From: Eledone cirrhosa
Lineage: Eukaryota
NCBI GenBank assembly: GCA_964016885.1
Contig: OZ024742.1
Span: 191,270,001 to 191,334,000 of the forward strand
Direction: 5' to 3'
Length of the DNA stretch: 64,000 nucleotides
Of this stretch, positions 38,379 to 52,100 are shown piece by piece. Position 1 is the first letter of the stretch. Each line of letters opens with the position of its first letter. The position numbers and the translations under genes are program-made. The notes under the pieces were generated by a model. It was given only the letters and a program-made list of their open reading frames with translations. It was not told where the DNA came from and made no database searches.

Positions 38379-39316
38379 ACTGAAAGGATATATTTTTTAA
38401 TGAATATATACATTAATATACTTTGAGAGTTTTTTCCTATAGTAGAATCAAGAATTAATTTATGTGGAACAGGCACTGCACTACTGCATATAAAAGTTAA
38501 ACTACATACATTTTCAAAGAAATAAAGAATTATTTTATAAATATATTCTAATCTCCTTGGTTATATAGCAAATTACTCTCGCTATTACTGGTCGCAAATT
38601 GTCTGTTTATCAGTGGAAATACGAACGAGGGAAGAAAATCGTTCTTAAATCAGTGATTCTCCTTAAAATGATCATCTGTTGCCCATTTTCTGTAAATATA
38701 TTTTGATTGCAACCTTAGATGCGGTCTTGGTCCGGAATGGTTGAACAACTCAAAAAGTATGAGATATAGGAAACAAGAAACCCATTTCCAGATTTAATAT
38801 TGAAATGACATTACTTTATATACAGTTGTTGCTTTTTAATAACTGTAATTGTACACAGAGGTGAAGTCCATCACCAAATGAAACAGACAGGCGTCTGTTA
38901 TGTTACGTTACTTTGCAACGAGAGAACACAAGCGGCTTCTCAATGCTTTTTCTTTTTAAAACTTCTGATCAGAACTTTTTGGCAACCTCTCACGCATTTT
39001 CACACTTAATTGGGCAAAATCGAAACATGTTGACTTCATTACAGTTTCGTCATAAAAACAGTAACAGGAACACCAACATTTATTTACGACAAGATTTTGT
39101 GTGATGAAATGGTAACAAAATATATATTTCTTCATAGAAGTGAATTTATTTTATCTGAACTAATTTTGTTGCGTAGTGTACTGTAAATGAACGTGATGTA
39201 TATATATATATAAAAAAACCTTAGATGCATAATTAAATCTTTATTATTATTTTCCTTATATATATATGCGTGTGCGTATGCATTATACATGTGCATTATC
39301 TCTCTATCTATCTATC

Positions 39317-39349
<33 letters not shown>

Positions 39350-39378
39350 GCACACAATCTGTCTCTCTTTTCTCTCTG

Positions 39379-39505
<127 letters not shown>

Positions 39506-40597
39506 GAAATTGGAAATAGCACGGAAAATATATTTAAGGGTCTGTTTTTCTGTTTTTCTCTTTTTCCTTTCTTTGATTCGTGAAATTAACATTATCGAAC
39601 AAATGAGAGGGACAATTCTTTTTAAAACAAGTTTTATAATATATATAGAATATATAATGTATAACCGGTTTCGATGTATTAGTAAAATCCATCTTATCAA
39701 ATTTTGAGTATTAAAATTAAAAATAATTAATAAGAATTAAAAATTAAAAAGTTAAAAAAATTTAAGATTTCAAATTAAGTGTTGAGGCAAGTTTTTCCAT
39801 CTTTCTTGTTGCGAAGGAGACTGAAAAAGGGGAATCGTGTGAATATATATAGAGAGAGTGCGGTAGCCTTGGTAGTAGCAGCAACAGCAGTGGTGGTGGT
39901 TTTGCTTTTCCTCACAGAACAAAATTGTTTTAGGGAGAGATTTTCTGTAAATATGTGTATCTATCTCAAATATATAAACACACACACACACACGCAACCT
40001 CCACCACCACCCACACACACACGCATATATATATATATATATAAGCATGCGTTCATATATAGGTATGCTAATGGCATCTTGTCAAATGATACATTTAAAA
40101 GCACCTCCCTAAAACTCTCACATATAAAATGTCGGATATGGAGTCTTTATAACGATATCGATTAAGAAATATAGCACGTCATATTTCACTCATAAGCATC
40201 ACATATGAAGAAAGAGTAGATTCCTCTTTTAACAGTGGAAATGTTAAAATTATTGGTTCTGATGTGAGATTTACGTAGCTAAGGAATTCCTCTTTATGGT
40301 AGTAGTTGGAAATGATGGCAACTTTGATCAATTTAGAAGTAACATCATAGTGGAGGATCTTTGTCGCAAAGAGCTACATTTTATATTGATTGTTGTTACT
40401 TTGTTCTTTTCTTTGATTCTTTTGTAGATGTGTGTGGTAATGATTTGTGTGTGCGTATGGTATGTGCAATGGAAACATTTAACTCACTAACCACATGAAC
40501 TAGTACATTTCTATATAATTAATACTAATAAACATACATATTACATATATACAGAAACAGATATATATATATATATACAACATTATTTAAAATAGCT

Positions 40598-40790
40598 GGG
40601 CGATGGATTGGCAGTATCGGTTGAGGGTCGGACGCCATGCTTTGCAGCAAAGAGTTACGGCCCTTTATGATCTGAGTTCAAATCCCGCCGAGGTTAACTT
40701 TGCCTTTCATCCTTACCTGGTCGATAAAATAAAATACCAGTAATACACCTGGATAATTGCTGGCCGTGTGCCAAAAGTAGAAACAATTAT
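40598..40790 (+). mobile_element. Full-length SINE with ~14-bp target-site duplication
   Basis: attatttaaaatag at 40582-40595 and 40786-40799. Confidence 0.88.
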
Positions 40791-40848
40791 TTAAAATAGT
40801 AATTACTACTAGGACTAGGAATGTTTCATTCATGCGAAATCATCATGA

Positions 40849-40899
<51 letters not shown>

Positions 40900-40985
40900 A
40901 TTGGTGTTGGATGCTTAAAGCGTCCGTATGCGGCAGGCTGTATGAGCACTCGATGCTCATACGGCCATACGAGAGCAGAGTATGA

Positions 40986-41204
40986 TATCACAGAAAAATA
41001 GAGAATCAGTGTTGCGACGAATTTATTGGAAATATTACAATCGTTTTTCTGGCGACCAGCTTCGTAGAATTAAGAGGTATCTGAGGACTTGCGATTTTCA
41101 GAGTCAGGTTCGATCGTGCCTCGAGCTGGTCGCTAGAGAAACGATTGTAATATGTCAAATAAATTCCATTCGTCGCATCACTGTTTTTCTTTTTTTCTGT
41201 GATA
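40986..41204. repeat. Diverged fold-back element containing a long-stem-II hammerhead motif (41077-41153, plus)
   Basis: 40986-41062 mirrors 41123-41204; gtat-CTGAGGA-cttgcgatt...ggtcgctag-a-GAAAC-GATT-GTA-atat. Confidence 0.6.
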
Positions 41205-41214
41205 TATATACATA

Positions 41215-41270
<56 letters not shown>

Positions 41271-42015
41271 TTTGATGCCTTTTCTTTCTAGGCGCAGGAT
41301 TGAATTTGGACCTTGAAACCTTCGGTAACGGTTTTGTTCCCTGTATGAATATAAAAAAGTAATATATTTCTGCTCCCTTCCCGATTGAACATTGTTTTTC
41401 TTTTACCTTTTCACATCTTCGGATATTGCTATATATATATGTGTGTGTATATATAAACATGGGGTGGAGGTTTTGTGCGTGTTTGTGTAGAGAGAAGTAG
41501 AGATATGATAGGTGTGGGAAAGATCGAGTGAAATGCAAATCAAGAGAGGAGAAGAATTACTGAAGAAATGAAATAATATTTTATTTAACCACTCCAAAAA
41601 TATACAAAGACATATATTTATTTATATAAATACAAATCAAAATAATAAATAGAAAATGGGAAAAATAAGGTGAAAAGTGAAAGAAAAAATTGGACTACGG
41701 TGTGATTTGGAAATCAGAGAGGAGGTAGCTGGAATCTAGCAAATGCTTTAACGGCCACATAATTGAGACTATAATTGAGACAGATATAAACATGGATTGC
41801 TTGCTCGCTCACACACATTAAATATATATATCAAGGAGACTCCAACCGTGAAGGCTGCATTTTTTCAGGGTATGTCAATATTTATTTATAAAACTAATCT
41901 ATATTATATTTTATCTCATGAAAGCGCACCATAATCTGACTTGGTGGCCCTTGAAATATGTATAATGAAATAAATATGGTTTTATAAATATAGTTTCCAT
42001 TTGTTAATATATTGT

Positions 42016-42048
<33 letters not shown>

Positions 42049-42051
<3 letters not shown>

Positions 42052-42660
42052 TGGCTGCCAACTCGTTTTCGAGTACGGCCACTACTTTATATCCATGTAG
42101 GAGAACCCCTACCGATGCGCTGAACGAGTGTGACTTTTTAGTCCAGACAGCGACTTGAAAACTCTGGTACAAACACTACACTTGTGACAATTATTGACAC
42201 ATAGTGCTGGGCTAATGGTACCATGTGACGACAAGTGCAGAGAGATCTCCAAATATAAAGCAATGCCTGTGCCGTGAAGCTTTTATAGTGAGCAAAGGCA
42301 CTGCACAAAGCCAGTCCCACTCTCTTAACCAAGATGATATTTACCAAAAAGAAGAACAAGTCAACATCATTGGATACCATCAGAGTTGCAGGTGTTATAT
42401 CAGAGTTTTCCTTCTCCTAGAATTCTGCCATGACAAAGGCTAAGGGGTCATCTCTCCCGGTGATTTTGGATGGCCATTGACTCTTAATAGCTCTTTTTCC
42501 CTTTGACAGGTTTTGTTTTTAGTCCTGCAGGATGTCCAAAGTCACCCTCCTCACCAAGAAACCTTGGTGGGGTTGCCAGTTTAGTCGCCAACGACCCGAC
42601 CATGAGACAGGTTGTACTGGGATACATGTTACCAGTAGCACCAACTGGTGACCTGACATA
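42049..42660 (-). mobile_element. GC-richer island, possibly a LINE (RTE-like) 5' UTR with an HDV-like ribozyme remnant
   Basis: Minus strand ccagt...catggtc-GG-gtcg-ttgg-cga-CTAA-actgg; bounded by (TA)n; no ORF recognised. Confidence 0.35.
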
Positions 42661-42879
42661 AATATATATATATATATATATATATACAAATATAAATTAG
42701 CGAGAATCGTATTTAGGCTATTGGAAATTAGCGAAAAACAACTTCCGAGATGTGTGTCAAGCGCTCAATAGATTCTAACGAACCAGAGCTACAACATACG
42801 TTAAAGGCCAAACACACTGAGACGATGGTTAAACCATTATCCGCACAGCCATAGAAACGACCAACAAATAAAAAATATA

Positions 42880-43954
42880 TATCAACTAGAAATTGATTGA
42901 CATATATATATATATCTAAAATAAACGCATGAGACAATCACAGGGGATAATTTGTAAAGTCTGTAAGCACACACAGCAAGGTAGTTAATTAATTACAGTT
43001 TAACTAAAAATTCAAATATAGATACCCTTTAAAATAATTAATCTTCCTTGTATATATTTCATTAAAGAAATATATTTCATCATTACTCTATAAACTCACA
43101 GTAGTGAAACTCGTATTTTCAACAAGGTAGAAGATTTAACTATCTGTGTTTACACAGCAAATGCAAATCTGCGAATGACCCGTCGCACGTGTTGCATTTT
43201 TAAAACTACACACATCGTACCAGCGTCATCCCAGTGGCGTGAATAGGATTATCGACAGCTAGAAATAGCAGCCGATTCCTATCAACTGAGTTAGCTCTAC
43301 ATTTAAGGGGCCGTATATATATCAAAATTTAAATTAAGGTTGTCATATCCGGGACATGCGCCATATTCACTGCAGAATAAGCTCAAAGATTCCAATGAAT
43401 AGATACGAGCATTTTATATTAACTAGAAATTGATTGTCACACATATATATATATATATATCTAAAATAAACACAGGAAACAATCACAAGGGAAAATTTGT
43501 AAGCACACGCAGCTAGGTAGGTAACTAATTAAAGTTTAACCAGAACTTCAAATATAGATACCTTTTAAAATGATTAATCTTCCTTGTATATTAAAGAAAT
43601 ATATTTCACCATTAATCCATAAACTTACAGTAGTCAATACCGGATTTTCAACACTGGGATTACGCTGGTACGATGTGTGTAGTTTGAAAAATGCAACACG
43701 TGCGACGGGCCATTCACAGATTTGCATTTGCTGTGTAAACACAGATAGTTAAATCTTCTACCTTGTTGAAAATCCGAATTTCACTACTGTGAATTTACAG
43801 AGTAATGGTGAAATATATTTCTTTAATCAAATATATACAAGGAGATTAATCATTTTAAAAGGTATCTATATTTGAAGTTCTAGTTAAACTTTAATTAGTT
43901 ATCTACCTAGCTGCGTGTGCTTACACATTATCCCCTGTAATTGTTTCCTGTGTT

Positions 43955-43960
<6 letters not shown>
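42880..43960. repeat. Unclassified repeat in direct (42880-43236, 43415-43652) and inverted (43652-43960) copies
   Basis: 43652-43800 is the reverse complement of about 43090-43236. Confidence 0.8.
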
Positions 43961-44037
<77 letters not shown>

Positions 44038-44040
<3 letters not shown>

Positions 44041-45655
44041 TTTCTGAATTTGTTTAGCAAGATTCTTTATCTGAAAACGTTTGTTGAAACCGATATTGTT
44101 ATGCCTTGGGAGGGTCATGTTTCCAAGAAACACACGCACCAGCTGCTTTCACTCCAATTTATTATAAATGAAATTTATAAATTTCCGGTTGGCTGGTTGG
44201 TTCCATAACCGGACGCTTGTTCATATATTGTCAAAGTTCTTTCGTCACACATTCTATGACTTCTTCAATGACTGGAGATTCTTTCTTTGTTTTGTGCCTC
44301 TCCCTTGTTCTGTTCTACGCCATCTTGTTTTTGTGTGTGTTGTGTGCTTAGTTTGCGCATGTGTTACATCCGGGTGTCTGTGTGTGTTTTTATTTGTTTA
44401 TTTATTTGTTTCTTTACATGTTACTGGTTGGTTGTTTGTTCTATGTGTGTTTTAATTGTGTCCTTAATTGTAAGTTGTGATGTTGTTATTCCATTCATGT
44501 TTTCTATTTAATTTTGGTTGGAGTTCATTTATGTTTATTGCCTCTGTGATTTGTCTAAACATTGCGTCTTTTCTGTGTGTAGATTCTATTTTTATTTCTA
44601 TGTTCTCTAATTTGCTCTTATGTTCTATTTTAGCATGTTGGTGGAGTATTGATGATTCTTTTTTATCTTGAAGTTTCGCCAGTGTTCATTTAACCGTTCT
44701 CCTACACTATGAGATGTCTCACCTATGTACAGTATATTCTTATCTATATATATATATCTTATGCTCTATACTACATTTCTATTTTTACAGTTAATATGGG
44801 GGCTTAGTTAACAGACTATGCATTTCTTATCTATACAGGGAGGTCTTTGAAAAGGGTATGTATTGCTAATAAATGTTTTTATGAAGGTACCTGGTCTTTC
44901 TACTATCTTAATATTAAGTTTTTATTTACCTAGGGCCCTTCTAAATGTGTAAGCTAATTCCCCTCTAGGGGTTGTATTAATGAACATTACACTCTGGTAT
45001 TTATTTCTATCATACCATGAGTTTATTCTATTAATCTTATTCCTAGTTCTTTCTATTCTATTCCAAAATGTGCTCCTCTACAACGGGCAGGTCCCATTTG
45101 TATCATTATTTACCATTTTTTTCCATTTGGTTGTGGCTCCTCTATATACTCAGATCTTATATCTCTGGTTGTAACCAGAGAACTGCATACGGTGGATGAA
45201 GTGTTGTATGTGTCTCTCTAGTTCTTTGGGTTGCATATGCAGGACACGTTTCTCATCACCCGTACCTAATCCGCAATCGGTATGTTGATTTTGGTGTGGT
45301 CCGAAACAGCTGAGTTTCGGTAGATCAGATATTTGGAAGTCATGGGTTTGGCATAATGGGAATGGAGGATCTGTTTTTTGTTATTGATAGTATCTAACCA
45401 GAGCTCTGTGTCTAGTACAGGTAATCGATGGTTGGGGTGTTTGCTTGGGTAGTCTATAGTAACTCTAATACTCAGGTGGATGGAGTTACCTATTTGCTGG
45501 ATGCTTTCCATGGTGTTTTTCTCTAATTTCTGACTGTTCTCTAGTGGGGGTGTTTTTGCTACGATGTTTATATCATCAACGTAGAGGGAGTACATTATCA
45601 GGGTTAAGAGGTTGCTGGCTTCTAATGGTTCTTTAAGTTTAAGTTTAAGTTTATT
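44038..45655 (-). mobile_element. Degenerate PLE of a further lineage (RT C-terminal part plus GIY-YIG)
   Basis: LYVDDINI, DYPSKHPNHRLPVLD, YAKPMTS, YVGETSHS..ERLNEH, RQITEA, LNRKHEW; terminal sequence shared with 1358-1400, 56696-56811, 61545 and 61975. Confidence 0.8.
44230..44272 (-). ncRNA. Minimal hammerhead motif with C3U
   Basis: gtca-TTGAAGA-A-GTCATA-gaatg-TGTGAC-GAAA-GAAC-TT-tgac. Confidence 0.65.
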
Positions 45656-45668
45656 GTCTCATATATAT

Positions 45669-45957
45669 ATAAGAAAATGTATGAGCCCGACGGCAGATCT
45701 CAAGCCGTTTCGACGGCTATTTCTGGACTAAATTAGAATTTTTAGCGTGGTAAATCAATCTATTTACCACGCTAAAAGCTAAAAAAAAAAAAGTTAAATA
45801 AAAATTATAATTTAGTCCAGAAATAGCCGTCGAAACGTCTTGAGTTCTGCCGTCGGGATCACACAATTTCCTATTACCCACTATACTGCCCTAAGTATTG
45901 AGTACACTGGTGCGTTATGGTCCATTCCATCTGGTTCCTTACCATAATTCCTTCGAT
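45669..45957. repeat. Fold-back mini-element (arms ~45669-45743 / 45800-45874) with hammerhead 3' half and tail; same family as 61212-61400
   Basis: gccgtc-GAAAC-GTC in the right arm; tail ctaagtattgagtac...ctggttccttacca. Confidence 0.8.
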
Positions 45958-45978
45958 ATATGTATATATATGTGTATA

Positions 45979-46025
<47 letters not shown>

Positions 46026-47067
46026 GGCGGTTATAGTTCACTTGAAGCATTGTGTAATGAGGTATAAACGTTTGAATATGTGTAATAAAGCCAGAACAAT
46101 GCAGGCATGGACATAGAAAAAAGAATGCAATTGTAAAAGATATTGTTGACAATTCGTCCTTTACCTTAGATTTATTTAAATGTCCTTAATTTTCGAGATA
46201 ATATCTCTTCTTCAGAGGGAAATAAAGGTCTCAAACCAGCGTTCTAAATATCTTGCCAAGCCATGCTGACAGGAAATAGTATAGAGTATCTGTTCTATCT
46301 CTAATGTCAAAGAGTTAAAATTAGGTGGATAAAGAATAATCTCCCTTTAAAAGGGGTTTGTTTAGGGTTTTTTTTATTTTTATATGTTATATACATGCCT
46401 GTATAAGTGTGTGGTAGAATGCATGAAGGTGTAAGTATGTGAGTGTGTGTGTGTGAGTGTGAGAAGATAAGTCTATTCGTAAATGTGGGGGATAGGTGTT
46501 ATCTGGTGTTAGAACTGGTTATGTGTGTATGTGTGAGAGAGAATAAGTGGAGGTGTAAGCGTGTGTGTGTGCGCGTGCGTGTATGTGTGGTGTGTGTGTA
46601 AATATGGGGCTAGAAGCCCTATCAGGTTATAAATTGGGTGTTGAGTTCTAGTCTATTATTGATAGGTGGTTGTGTTTTATCTATAATTAGTGCTTCCTTA
46701 ATTCTAAGATTGCCGAGGTTTCTTTCCTTAGTTTCTATCCTAACTATTATGGTTTTGTCGGTGTTTTTGCATTTAACTAGGTGTTTCTTAAATGAGGAAG
46801 CGTTAGTATTGAGGTGTTCTTTTATTCTTATGTGGAGTGGTCTGGTAGTGCTACCTACGTAGAAGTTGTTGCATTTGTCACACTCTAGTCTGTATACGGC
46901 GTAAGCCTGGTGGCATAGGTCTGTGTCGTTGATGGGGCAGTTGGCTAGTCTGCAGCAGTTGTCATGTCTGGTGGAGTGTCTCTTGGCCAGACGTCCGCGC
47001 AGAGAAGAACCCGAGTGGGCCAGTTGGATATCCAGTCCCTCTCGTCTGATGGCTCTGCGGATGGCTG

Positions 47068-48591
47068 TTGTTTTTTCTTCACTGGTTCGATATCTGTAGG
47101 AGAAGACAACTCCCAAATAAAGTTAAGCTCAACTACACCACTAGAAATAGCAGACTGCCCACTTTCTACCACCTCATCAAGACCCACAAGAATAGTACTA
47201 AGACGCAAATAAGACTCATCGTCTCTAGCATAGAAGGACCCCTATACAAAATTTCCTGGCTCCTCTCCCAGATCCTCAAGCCTCTACTCTCCACCTTTCC
47301 CGGGCATGTCAGTAGCTCCGACGAAGTTATACGTAGACTACACCAACTCCAGCCAGAACAACTTAAACTAAATAAATACGCTTTTAGCCTCGACGTTGTC
47401 TCCCTCTACACTACAGTCCCCGCTCATCCAGCTGTCGATTTATTGACGGACTGTGTGGTCGCAGAGTACATCCACTGCTACGGCCTCCACCCGACGGACA
47501 TACACCAGCTTTTTTCCTTCACAGTAGACAACACGTACTTCACGTTCCACCACCACACATACAGACAGACAACAGGATTACCCATGGGATCCAGCCTATC
47601 GGGCCTGCTGGCCATCACCTACATGAACCAGCTAGAATACCGAGCTCTCAACACCTGCCATTCCCATGCTTTCTTCACCCGATATGTAGATGTCATACTC
47701 ATCCTTACATCATCCCGTGAGGAGGCAGATAAAATATACACAACATTCTCCAGCATGGACGCCAGTATACAGTTCAGCATGGAACACCCCGATGACCGCG
47801 GATCCCTATCCCTACTGGACTTCCAACTCAGGGTAACAGAGGAAGGCAACATCCACACCTGCTTCTATAAAAAAGCCGCCAGCAGGGACCTGTTTGTACA
47901 TTTCAGATCGGCCCTCGCACTCGCTGCCAAGTTCGGATACATAAGGAACGAACTGGCACGTATCCGGAACAAATGCACCGACGCTAGAGACCGAGACACA
48001 CACACCACACATTTCCTGGAAGTACTCAAACTGAACGAATACACGACATCCGGCACAAACCGTGCCAGAAAGAACAGAGGACACCACACCCGAGGAACTA
48101 ACACTTGCTTCCTGAAGCTCCCACACTTCAGTGAAGAAACAACAACAGCCATCCGCAGAGCCATCAGACGAGAGGGACTGGATATCCAACTGGCCCACTC
48201 GGGTCCTTCTCTGCGCGGATGGCTGGCCAAGAGACACTCCACCAGACATGACAACTGCTGCAGACTAGCCAACTGCCCCATCAACGACACAGACCTATGC
48301 CACCAGGCTTACGTCGTATACAGACTAGAGTGTGACAAATGCAACAACTTCTACGTAGGTAGCACCACCAGACCACTCCACATAAGAATAAAAGAACACC
48401 TCAATACTAACGCTTCCTCATTTAAGAAACACCTAGTTAAATGCAAAAACACCGAAAAAACCATAACAGTTAGGATAGAAACTAAGGAAAGAAACCTCGG
48501 CAATCTTAGAATTAAGGAAGCACTAATTATAGATAAAACACAACCACCAATCAATAATACACTAGAACTCAACACCCAATTTATAACCTGA
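47068..48591 (+). CDS. PLE RT plus GIY-YIG open frame (5'-truncated; catalytic YVDD reads YVDV)
   Basis: RLPTFYHLIKTHK, YAFSLDVVSLYT, QTTGLPMGS, RYVDV, LSLLDF, VVYRLECDKCNNFYVGSTTRPLHIRIKEH, LRIKEALII. Confidence 0.85.
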   Translation: MFFLHWFDICRRRQLPNKVKLNYTTRNSRLPTFYHLIKTHKNSTKTQIRLIVSSIEGPLYKISWLLSQILKPLLSTFPGHVSSSDEVIRRLHQLQPEQLKLNKYAFSLDVVSLYTTVPAHPAVDLLTDCVVAEYIHCYGLHPTDIHQLFSFTVDNTYFTFHHHTYRQTTGLPMGSSLSGLLAITYMNQLEYRALNTCHSHAFFTRYVDVILILTSSREEADKIYTTFSSMDASIQFSMEHPDDRGSLSLLDFQLRVTEEGNIHTCFYKKAASRDLFVHFRSALALAAKFGYIRNELARIRNKCTDARDRDTHTTHFLEVLKLNEYTTSGTNRARKNRGHHTRGTNTCFLKLPHFSEETTTAIRRAIRREGLDIQLAHSGPSLRGWLAKRHSTRHDNCCRLANCPINDTDLCHQAYVVYRLECDKCNNFYVGSTTRPLHIRIKEHLNTNASSFKKHLVKCKNTEKTITVRIETKERNLGNLRIKEALIIDKTQPPINNTLELNTQFIT

Positions 48592-48973
48592 TAGGGCTTC
48601 TAGCCCCATATTTACACACCCCACACATACACACGCTTACACCTCCACTTATTCTCTCTCACACATACACACATAACCAGTTCTAACACCAGATAACACC
48701 TATCCCCCACATTTACGAATAGACTTATCTTCTCACACTCACACACACACACTCACATACTTACACCTTCATGCATTCTCCCACACACTTATACAGGCAT
48801 GTATATAAAATATTTTAAAACAAAACCTAAACAAACCCTTTTTAAAGAGAGACTACTCTTTATCCACCTAATTTTAACTCTTTGACATTAGAGATAGAAC
48901 AGATACTCTATACTATTTCCTGTCAGCATGGCTTGGCAAGATATTTAGAACGCTGGTTTGAGACCTTTATTTC

Positions 48974-49008
48974 CCTCTGAAGAAGAGATATTATCTCGAA
49001 AATTAAGG
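48974..49008 (+). ncRNA. Intact minimal hammerhead motif; identical mirror copy at 46184-46218 on the minus strand
   Basis: cct-CTGAAGA-A-GAGAT-ATT-ATCTC-GAAA-AT-TA-agg; stem III is reduced to the palindrome AAUU. Confidence 0.85.
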
Positions 49009-49122
49009 ACATTTAAATAAATCTAAGGTAAAGGACGAATTGACAACAATATCTTTTACAATTGCATTCTTCTTTCTATGTCCATACCTGCATTGTTCAG
49101 GCTTTATTACACATATTCAAAC

Positions 49123-49186
<64 letters not shown>

Positions 49187-49190
<4 letters not shown>

Positions 49191-52100
49191 GAAGTATAAT
49201 AACAGGAGGCTGGACTGGTGTAAATAGTTCAAAAGTTGAAAGGTCTATTATACTATGATCATTTCAATTACCGGGTTCCATATGAATCCGGTGATATCAT
49301 CATGTATTGGAATATAACAAAGGAATATGTAAAAAAACCCTGGGTCCGAAAAATCAGAGACAGAGACAGTGAGGACGACTGACCAACTAGCTTCTCGGCC
49401 AGTCGCCCTCAAAGTGTTGGCAACTGAAGCTACTAATGAATATCTGGTGAGGGGCAATGGCTTACTACCACCACTCCGTCAAAGAAAAAGGGGAAGAAAG
49501 AAAGGGAGAAAGAAGTGTAGTGTAAGGTTCATACTACATTCATGGTAGAAAGAGCCGCGAAAATGCTACCCCAAAGATTCTATAATGGGTGTCTGTATGG
49601 TCTGTGTAAACCGAAGATTGGCACGTTAAACTTATGTTGCGAGTTATAGGATGAATGTAATTAAATTAAATTAAATTAAAAATATTAAATTGCAAAATGA
49701 TAAATTTAAAAATAAGTTATTAGAGAATTAAAGATTAAGGTAGCGAGATTTATTTATTTAATGACCTTACGGAGAGAGTCTTATATGAAAAAAATTATCT
49801 CGATAAGATATTCGGATGGGATATAGAGTAAAGATTTCGATTGGGAGTCCCAACCAGCAGACCCCTTACAATGAGTCATCCAGTCTCGAGTGGTATCGGC
49901 CAGCGAAAGAAATGGAAATTAATTTTTCCGAGTACTCTAGGAACGTAGCTACCTTAGGCTCCGGGAGCGCTAGCGGGAACTCCACAATTTCGACAGGCCA
50001 TCGTCTATATCAAACGAATACTATTAAATCCCACATGAGGGGTTTATTTACGTGCCAGTAGAGGCATGATACAGCTAATAGTTATGCCTAAACCTGGAGT
50101 TTGTAGGTACAAGTATAATGTGGCGGTCAAAAACAGGCGGCGCGGTGGGATCGGGGCCAAGCCTCCGCTCCGAGTAATTTCGTTTACCAAAAGAGGAGAA
50201 ATTCATTTTCCCGAGCACTCAAGGAAGGCTGAACTTTCCGAGTGCCCAGCGCGCAGCCGGGTAGAAACCTAATGAAAGTGCAAATAGACCCAAATTAGTT
50301 TAAAATCCCAGTTAGTCCGTGTTATAAGTAATGTGGTTCTTAGGTGGGTAGGGGGCTATGAAAGGTGCATAATGACCTGAGTGGGGAAAAGTTACAAAAA
50401 AATGATCAAAGCAGCATACAAAGATGAAATACCAATATAGAGATAGAATACATTGATTAAAATAAATTAATAAAATAATAAAAAATAATAAAATAATAAA
50501 ATAATAAAAATGTACATTAATGAAATAATAAAAAAATTAATAAAGGTAAATAAGAATCAATATGGATCAAGTTGTAGTAAGATAATACAAGTTGTACATA
50601 TAGATATAGATATAGAGGATGGAGGAGATGGAATGGTAACAGGTTGTACCTAGTGTAAAGTTCGGGTCTCCCAATTCAGTGCGAGTCACAAAAAGTCCTG
50701 AGGTATAGAGTAGATAATTCAGTCAATACAATACATTTTTTAGTATAATACGTAGAGTTTTATCGGAATCGGAATCATCCCGACAAGGAAGTAGTATCAG
50801 GTGGCGGTAGATAAGGCGCAAAGCAACAAAAATCCGAATGGTAAGTAGATCAGTTAATCCCATGCTGGCAATAGCTAGTACACTGAATTCAGTGCCGCTG
50901 TTCAATATTACATTTTGAAGTGCTCACCATTATAGGAGCATTATTTCTTTAGGTTTGTTGGTTCACCACTGGATAGAACTGGTCATTCCGTATGGTCAAT
51001 CCTGGTGTAATATTGTGAAGAGTACTCAACGCAGTGCAGTTCGCACATCTTCGTTGGTGGTGCGAATACGGAGTTAATTACAAATGAAATAAAATAACAG
51101 GAGGCTTGACTGGTGTAAATCCTTGAAAGGTTTATTATACTATGATCATTTCAATTACCGGGTTCCATATGAATCCGGTGATATCATCAGGTACTGGAAT
51201 ATAACAAAGGAATATGTAAAAAAATATGGGTCCGAAAAATCAGAGACAGAGACAGAGAGGACGACTGACCAACTAGCTTCTCGGCCAGTCGCGCTCAAAG
51301 TGTTGGCAACTGGAGCTACTAATGAATATCTGGTGAGGGGGCCAACCTTATAATGCACTACCACCACTCCGTCAAATAAAAAGGGGGAGAAAGAAAGGGA
51401 GAAAGAAGTGTAGTGTAAGGGTCATACTACATTCATGCTAGAAAATGCCGCGAAAAAATGCTACCCCAAAGAATCTGTAATGGGTGTCTGTATGGTCTAA
51501 TGTGTGAACCGAAGATTGGAACGTTAAACTTATGTTGCGAGTTATAGGATGAAATTAAATTAAATTAAATTAAAAATATTAAATTGCAAAATGATAAATT
51601 GAAAAATAAGTTATTAGCTAATTAAAGATTAAGGTAGCGAGATTTATTTATTTAATGACCTTACGGAGAGAGTCTTATATGAAAAAATTTATCTCGATAA
51701 GATATTCGGATGGGATATAGAGTAAAGATTTCGATTGGGAGTCCCAACCAGCACACCCCCTTACAATGAGTCATCCAGTCTCGAGTGGTATCGGCCAGCG
51801 AAAGAAATGGAAATTAATTGTTCCGAGTACTCTAGGAACGTAGCTACCTTAGGCTCCGGGAGCGCTAGCGGGAACTCCACAATTTCGACAGGCCATCGTC
51901 TATACCAAACGAATACTATTAAATCCCACATGAGGGGTTTATTTACGTGCCAGTAGAGGCATGATACAGCTAATAGTTTTTCCTAAACCTGGAGTTTGTA
52001 GGTACAAGTATAATGTGGCGGCCAAAACAGGCGGCGCGGTGGGACCGAGGCAAAGCAAACCGCTCCGATTATTTTCGTTTACCAAAAGAGGAGAAATTCA

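Larger units (their letters stand above)
46022..49129 (+). mobile_element. Young 5'-truncated PLE with ~1-kb inverted duplication of its 3' end (46063-47084 mirrors 48129-49129)
   Basis: Arms are highly similar; one-sided tail 46022-46062 resembles the tail at 22450-22515; (TA)n on both sides. Confidence 0.93.

Noticed and set aside
38190-38426. Poly-Arg / poly-Leu ORFs
   Set aside because: They arise from the (GAA)n tail of a LINE.
47068-48591. Active autonomous PLE
   Set aside because: The ORF begins at the inversion junction and the catalytic YVDD is YVDV.
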